Shown one piece after another: positions 56,826 through 64,000 of a stretch of DNA of 64,000 nt. The notes below the pieces were generated by a model. The model ran no database searches. It was not told where the DNA came from and saw nothing but the letters and a program-made list of their open reading frames with translations. The DNA comes from Rebecca billardiae RCC1528 (Eukaryota > Protista > Haptophyta). The first letter of the stretch is position 1. Each line of letters begins with the position of its first letter. The translations under genes were made by a program, and so were the position numbers. The stretch spans positions 3,224,001 to 3,288,000 of the forward strand of contig OZ251223.1 of NCBI GenBank assembly GCA_965240325.2. Direction: 5' to 3'.

Positions 56826-59800
56826 ATGAGCGCGTTCAGCTTTGGCAGTGCGCCCAAGCTGCCCTCGTGGGCGAGCGGACGGTCGGTGAAGACCGAGGCG
56901 CCAACTGACGCCGGGAACCCTTCCGCGAACGACGCCGCCGACGGTGGAACTGGCGCGCGCGGACCGACGGCGGAGGGCGGGGTGGCGAGCCGCGCAAAGC
57001 CGGGCTCGACCACGGCGCAGGGCACGGTGGTGCCGGCGACACTCAAGGCGGGCGAGTACACAGTGCGGGTGCACGTGCTAGAGGGCCAGCGCTTCGTGTC
57101 GGAGAGCGGCACAATCAACGCCCTCGTCGAGGTGGGCATCGACGGCGTCGGCACGGCCGGCAGCGTGCAGACGCTCCCGGTCGCTAAGTCGGCGGTCATG
57201 CCCGTGTGGGACCAGGAGCTGATCTTCGGGCTGGAGTGCAGCGCGAAGGAGGCGAACAACGCGCAGATCAGCATCGCCGTGTACGACGTGCTCGGCCCCA
57301 CGAGCCTCCTGGGCTTCAACCGCCTGATCGGCAGGTGGCACGTCGAGCTCGCGCACGTGTACGCGCACGAGGGCCACGAGATCTACAAGGACTGGATCGC
57401 GCTCGAGCTGTTGGAGGAGGGCATCGGCGCGCGCGGGCTGCTCAAGCTGACGGTGCAGGTGCTTGGCGACGGCGACGTGCCGCGCGAGCACGCGGCCGGT
57501 GACGACGGCGTCGATGCCGCCACGGCCATGCACCGGCTCGCGGCGGCCGTGCGCGAGCCGTGGTGCTTGGTCGCGCGCGTGCACCGCGCGCACAACATCG
57601 TCAAGACCGACCTGACGGGCCACGCCGACCCGTTCGTCGAGCTGCGCCGCGGGGGCGAGACGGTGCGCACGTCGACGATCAAGAGCACGCCGAGCCCCGT
57701 GTGGGAGCAGCAGATCGAGCTGCCCTTCGTCGAGCCCACGCCGCTGCAGGAGGCGCAGCTCTCGCTGAACGACCACGACTCGCTCAACATGCTGCACGGC
57801 AACGACGTGATCGGCACGCAGACCATCGAGCTGGACAAGCTGGCCGTCGGGACGCGCGAGCCGCCGGAGGACGCGGAGCCGCGCTGGGTGCACCTGTACG
57901 GCGCGCAGCAGGGCGTCGAGGGCGAAATCGCCGCCGCGATGAACGAGGGCCGCATGGAGGGCTACCACTACCGCGGCAGCCTGCTCGTGACGATTTGGAA
58001 GCGGCGCGGCGCGGGCGGCGAGCAGGACACGCGCACGCGCTCGGACGTGCTGCCGCTCGCCGGCGACCTGAAGCGGCAGAAGGGCAAGGTCTCCGTCCGC
58101 AGGGGCTCCACGCCGGGCAGCAGCCTCTCCGCGCCGCCCGGCGTGAACAGGCTGCTCGCGCCGCTCCGGCCCAAGTCGCGCCGGCTGCTGAACGTGCCCA
58201 AGCACCTCAAGCGCAGCGCGGCGCCGCTGACCCAGCCGCCGCCCGACGCCAAGTACGAGCTGCGCGTGTGGCTGCTCAAGGCGGTGGAGGTGGCCGTCGA
58301 CTCGAACGCGTCAGTCGAGGTGGAGATCGGCGGGCACGCCCTCGAGTTCCATGCGAAGGACCCGAGCCGCGGCATGGCGACCTGGCGCGAGAAGCAGCGG
58401 CTGACCGCCGAGCTGCCGAGCGAGCCGGCCGCGCTGCCGGACGTGTGCGTGTACGTGCGGCGCAAGCTGGGCGCCTTCGAGAACACGGCGGAGCGCGCGG
58501 CCGCGGCGATGGGCTTCGACAAAGGGGAGGCGCCGAGGACGACGGAGCGCGTCGGCTGCGCCCGGCTGCCCGCCGCCGCGCTCATCAAGGCGTGCGAGGA
58601 GCACCGCGCCGCGCACCCCGAGTGGGTGCCGCTGCGCTGGCTGCTGCTGCTGCGCGACCACTCGATCGATGAGATCCACAGCGAGCTCGCGGCGTACGTG
58701 CAGATCGGGATCGAGCTCGGCCGCGTGGACGCGCTGGCGAAGGTGGCGTTCAACGACGTGCCCCAGCCCAAGATGCAGGCGCGCCTCCTCGTCGGCAGGT
58801 TCTACCTCGGCCGCTCGCTGCCGCCGCCGCAGCCCAACCCGCACGAGCGCCTCTCCGGGCTGCTCTCGCTCCGCTCGGCCGACGAGGTCGACCCGTTCGC
58901 CGTGATGCACTGCCACGGCGGCCACGTGCGCTCGTCGACGAAGCAGAAGACGCGCAACCCGCGCTGGTACGAGGAGCACTCGACGCTCGTCCAGCTGCCC
59001 AAGAAGGACCACCTCGCGCCGCTCATCCTCCTCACCGTGCACGACTACGCGCTGTTTGGCACGCACAACTCGACGGTCGCGCACGCGTTCCTCAACGTGC
59101 CCGACGTGCGCGTGCGCTCGCTCGAGGCGCTCGACACGGCGCTGCCGGAGTGGGTGCCGCTCTCGTCGATGAACGGCGAGCCGCTCGACGAGGACGCGGG
59201 CGTGCTGATGACCGTCGCGCTCGTGCCGATGGACGAGGCGCCCTCGCCGCCGCGCCCCGTGCGCATCGCCCTCGACGCCGTGCCGGTGGTGGTCGAGCTG
59301 ATCGTGTTTGGCTGCCGACACCTGCGGCCGATGGGCGGGCTCGGCATGTCGATGCGCGCGACGTACGTCGAGGCCGACCTGGGCGACCAGGCGACGCGCG
59401 CCGCGACGCGGCACGCGCGCAAGCAGCCCGCCAACCCCACCTTCGTCGAGGTGCTCAACATCCGCTCCAAGCTCGCCAAGCCCGCCATCCTCGCGCCCAG
59501 GCTCAACCTGCGCGTGCGCTCGGCGCGGCCAGGCCCGCTCGAGGACGCGCTGGTCGGCGTCGCGTACATCGACCTGGGCTCGAGGCTGCCGTGGGTGGAC
59601 GCGGGCGCGAACGGCGCGGCGGAGGCGGGCGCGGACGCGGACGCGCCGCCGCCCAAGCTGGACACGCGCGGGCTGATCGCCTGGCTCACCAAGCTGCGCG
59701 ACCTGCGCGACCGCCTGTTTGGCAGGGACGCGCACGACGAGCCGCCGTCCGCGCTGGCCGGGAGGGCGTTGGAGACGCTCGCGCTCGGGATCATGCCCAC

Positions 59801-62227
59801 GGCGCCGGCGGAGGGCGGCGCGGGGCGCGCGGGGCGGCCGCCGCGCCTCGCCTCGTGTGACGGCACCGAGCAGCTCACCGCCTCCAACACCAAGCTGATC
59901 GTGGACAAGAAGGAGCCCAAAGGGCTGGGCCGGCTGCAGAAATCGATCGACCTCACCACCAGCGTGCTCGGCGAGCCGCCACGCAAGGGCAAGCTGCGCA
60001 AGCCCGAGCCGAGCTACAGCTACGCCGTGCTCGACGGCTCGGACGGCGGGTACGTGCCCGTGCCCGACGAGATCCGCCGGGAGTACCTCGTCGGGCGGGA
60101 GAGCTTCGCCGAGCCGCTCGAGGCGCAGCTGCCGCGCGCGCTCTTTGAGCGGTGGGACCTGAGCGCGCTCGCAGCGCCGAGCGTGTTTGGCACGAGCTCG
60201 CACACGCACCGCGAGAAGGTGGGCGTGTGCAAGGGGATCCTGCGCGTCTACGAGCGCGACCCCACGGCCGAGGACGAGGAGACGGACGAGACGCCGTCCG
60301 AGTCCGAGTCCGACGCGGAGGAGGGGCAGGAGCTCGACGAGGAGCAGGCGGAGCGAGCGATCGCGGCGGCGGCCGTCAGGGCGACGAGGCGCTCGCGCCG
60401 CTCGGCCGTCGTGCGCGTGCGCCGCGAGCGCTCGATGGAGGAGCGGCGCACCGAAATGCGCGAGCTCGCGACGATCACGCCGCTGATCCATCGCGCGCTG
60501 CGCGCGCGCGAGGTCGTCGTGCGCGTGTACGTGCTCTCCGCGCAGGACCTGCTCCCCGCCGACAGCGACGGGCTCGCTGACCCTTACGTGGTGGTGAGCT
60601 TGGGCGACGACAAGGTCGGCAGCGCGGACTGGCGCGAGGAGAACACGCGCGAGCCGCACTTCTTCCGCTGCTTCGAGCTGACGGCCTCGCTGCCGGGCGA
60701 CTCGCAGCTCATGATCATGATCTACGACTGGGATCTGCTCTCGATCGGCGGCGCGCAGCTGATGGGATCGTGCGCGCGCGCGCACCGCGCGCACCGCGCG
60801 CCGCCCGCTCCGCGCGCGCGCGCGCCGCGGCCGCCCACCTCGCGGCCGCCGCGCCCTCGGGCCGCGCGCGCGCGCGCTCAGGACGACCATCGACATCGAG
60901 GACCGGCTGATGAGCGTCGAGTGGCTGCAGGAGCGCAAGAAGCCGATCGAGCGGCGCTGGCTGCGGTGCGCACGCCGCCCGCGTCGCGCCCTCGGCCCGG
61001 GCGGCCGGGCCGCGCCGCGCGACGCGGCGCTGAGCCCGGCGCGCTCCCTCGCCGTGCCCCCGCGCCTCGCCTCCGCCCCGGCCGACGCGCTGCAGCCACC
61101 CCCGCTACGACGCGAGCATGTACCGCGGCTCCGTCGACCTGTGGGTGGACGTGCTCGACGCGCGCACGGCGGCGCGCCTGCCGCCGCTCAACATCGCGCC
61201 GCCCGCTCCCGAGCCGTTTGAGCTGCGGCTGATCGTGTGGCGCACGCGCTACATCCCAAACCTCGACGCCGAGCAGTCGGACCAGTACGTGCGCTGCCGG
61301 CTGCAGCTCGGCGGCGGGCGCAAGCGCCAGGAGGAGAGCACCGACGTGCACTACTTCGCGCGCCGGGGCAAGGCCTCGTTCAACTACCGCATGACCTTTG
61401 ACGTCACGCTGCCGGACGACGCGGAGGCGGCGTCGCTCATCGTGACGGTGCTCGACTTTGACCTGCTCACGCGCGACGACGTGGGCGGCACGGCCAAGCT
61501 CGACCTGCGCAACATGTTCGCGCAGGCGCACCAGCAGCTCGACCAGCTCACGGCGGACGAGCGCGCGCTCACCTTCCCGCTGCTCACGCCCGAGATGCTC
61601 GAGGCGGAGAAGCAAAGGGCGGCGGATGCCGCAGGCGGGGGCGCCGGCGGCAAAATCAAGCGCGGGCTGACCTTCTGGCGCAAGCCGGCCACGGGCGAGG
61701 CGCCACCGCCGTCCGCAGACCGACCCGACGAGGAGCGCGGCGAGGGCGCGGGCGCAGGCGGCGGCGGCGGCGACTTGGACTACCCTGCCGACGGCGCCGA
61801 GGACGGCCTGCGCTGGCAGACGCAGCGCTTCTGGTGCAAGCTCTCCCCGCCGGCGGGCCAGGACCCCGAGACCTTTGAGGGCGAGGTGGAGCTGAGCATC
61901 CAGCTGCTGCCCAAGAGCGTGGCGGACAAGTACCCGGCCGGGCGGACGGGCCGCGACGAGCCGAACACCAACCCTGTGCTGCCCGAGCCGGCGCGCCCGC
62001 CCGCGCTGCGCATGCTCTACTTGGGATGCCAGGCGCTGTGGGACGAGGTCAACGCGATCGTGCCGGTCGAGAAGCTGCTGTGCACCGTCTTCTGCTGCGC
62101 GTGCTGCGGCTTTCTCTTCTTCATTGCCTCGCACTACGGACTGCTCATCTACAGCGCGGCGCGGCGCGCGCGCGACGAGGGCGAGACCTTGGGCGAAGAG
62201 GTCGAGGAGATCGCCGAGGGAGAGTAG
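56826..62227 (+). CDS. Ferlin-like multi-C2-domain tail-anchored protein (predicted introns 60770-60881, 60966-61095)
   Basis: Six or more C2-like domains (DLTGHADPFVEL, DSDGLADPYVVV, STDVHY...FNYR), the ferlin C-terminal GRDEPN.NP.L.EP.RP motif and a single C-terminal TM helix. Confidence 0.88.
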
Positions 62228-62859
62228 CTGCGCCGCCGACTGTTCTGAGGCATCTGACACACCGTCGCTGATGGTCGCTGGTGGCCTGTTCGGTCATAAT
62301 GCCGACGGTCCCATCCGCCCAGTCGGCCAGTCCGCTGTGCACATCAGGCCGCACGAATCACTGCGATGACATTCATTCACATTGACCGGCACTGTCCGGG
62401 CCCGGCACGCACCCGGTCAGAGTGTCAGACGGCTCAGACGCAGTGATGCTGACTTCTTTTTTTTGCGTTCTGAAAGTATTCGCCTCATCTGGTGGGCTTC
62501 CGCTGCCCCGCCACGACGCTCTGGAGCTGAGCGGCAGCAGCAAGAAAGAGCCAAAATAAAAAAGTCTGCTTTATCTTGCCGATGGCGATCGTATGCAGAC
62601 AAGACCAGGTTTCGATCGTAAACCGACAGGTTTTCTGAAAACTGGCGGATTTATGGCCATTTTCTCCGCCTAAATTCACGTCGAGTCGGCGGATGATTTT
62701 CGCGCGCCGCGAAAAGCAGCCAATATCGAAATGTCAATAAAAGTGATGCTCGAACAATGACGAGTGACGACGTCACCTGCCGCCAAGGGGGTTCAATCCT
62801 GCCGCCGCCGCCGTGCGGCAAAGCGACCGTCATCCTGAAATCCCCGCCACAGTTGCAAC

Positions 62860-63333
62860 TTGCGGCCTGTCGTGAATCTCGAGCCACCGCAAAGCAGGGG
62901 ACCGGCTGCACCGCTGCAGGAGCTCGACGACGAGATGGGCCACAGCGACGAGCCTCCCCCGCCCATGTGGCCCGACGGTAAGACGTGCGGGAAGAGCGGG
63001 CATGGCGTGTACGACGCGTATTCGACAACACCGGCCAAGTGTGACGACAACAACCACTGCGACCCCACCAAAGACCTGAACGAACCAATCATCTTCAACT
63101 CGTGCACGCAGATCTGCATGCTGAAGGGGTTCCATGGGGCGGCTGCGAAGCACGGGATGAAGTTCGGGGGCACGTGCTTTGATAACAACCACATTGACGT
63201 CGATAAGTACGGCGAAGACGTCGTCTGCCCGGGCGCGAAATTCTACGAGGAGTTTAAGGCGTTTGGCATCCACATGTTCACATACACGTGCGAGGCAGGC
63301 ACCGTGATCGATTATGGCAAGCCATACAAGTGA
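62860..63333 (+). CDS. Small Cys-rich hypothetical protein (5' end uncertain; first ATG near 62935)
   Basis: Coding-like codon usage (C/G-ending codons, normal amino-acid mix) with 8 Cys; no family recognised. Confidence 0.55.
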   Translation: MRPVVNLEPPQSRGPAAPLQELDDEMGHSDEPPPPMWPDGKTCGKSGHGVYDAYSTTPAKCDDNNHCDPTKDLNEPIIFNSCTQICMLKGFHGAAAKHGMKFGGTCFDNNHIDVDKYGEDVVCPGAKFYEEFKAFGIHMFTYTCEAGTVIDYGKPYK

Positions 63334-64000
63334 GGGCTGTCCATCGATTCGGAGCGCCTGTTGCGCGCGTGCGCACGGCTTCACACCACGGGTCCTCTGC
63401 ATGGCCTCTCTGATGCCGACAGCGCTCGCCAACTACCATCGACGACGATTTCAGGCCGTGGGGCCTGCCGGCCGGGTGCCTAAGTTGCGCTGTTGCGCCG
63501 ACCAGTAGTATCTATTCGAACGCACTCACGCGCTTTGCTCAGCGCGGCACGGTAGCCTGCTCGAACTTTTTTGAGGCTTCGAATGGCGACTGTAGTCCGG
63601 TTGCCTAATCGCGCGTACGTAACTCGTAAGTAATAATATTATTATAAATATATTATAATAATGTCGTATGCAGTTTATTTACAGTAGGCAGTAGCTTCCC
63701 GGCTCAATCCCGCACGGCCCGTCGCGGGCGTCGGCCGGTGGGTCGGTAATGGTATACATACTATATATTCGTATAACGTAATACTACTACGACTATCTTA
63801 AATTCTTTGACAGACGTATATATATACACATGCATTACTCTCCGAATGACATCATTATTTATTGTATGCACAACACAGTGCAGCAGCCCGCGCCAGTCAC
63901 TAGTCCAAGACGGCAGACTCAGCATAAGGTGACTGCTATGGCTGTGCTAGCTACTGTACTACTCAGTAGCTACTAGTTAATAAGTAGTGCGCTGATCGCG

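Overview
Very GC-rich eukaryotic genomic DNA with short GC-rich GT-AG introns and AT-richer spacers. Gene content and intron style suggest an alga, possibly a haptophyte of the Pavlovales type (inference only). About 15 protein-coding genes are supported. These are a giant two-repeat Shaker/CNBD-ankyrin channel, Nup214-like nucleoporin, ALG9, an SPX-EXS phosphate exporter, legumain, a nucleoside-hydrolase/6TM/TIR-like fusion, a 2OG-Fe(II) oxygenase, an FkbM methyltransferase, a TMTC O-mannosyltransferase, a Q-rich protein, RCL1, a ribokinase-ankyrin-kinase-CHAT protease fusion, a TKL kinase, a ferlin and a small Cys-rich protein. Four observations stand out. (1) Two signalling- or immunity-like multidomain proteins couple nucleoside or ribose enzyme folds to TIR-like and caspase-like (CHAT) modules. 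(2) A 1031-bp non-coding foldback element has 460-bp terminal inverted repeats, each capped by a 96-bp palindrome, with TG..CA ends and a 5-bp target duplication. (3) A family of conserved element ends (TA-CAGTTTACTA / TTAAATCATAGAAT) includes an inverted pair that brackets two genes. (4) The intergenic spacers are enriched in TA-CAG-TA/TA-CCG-TA words that match transposon excision footprints. All domain calls come from motif recognition by eye; no searches were run.
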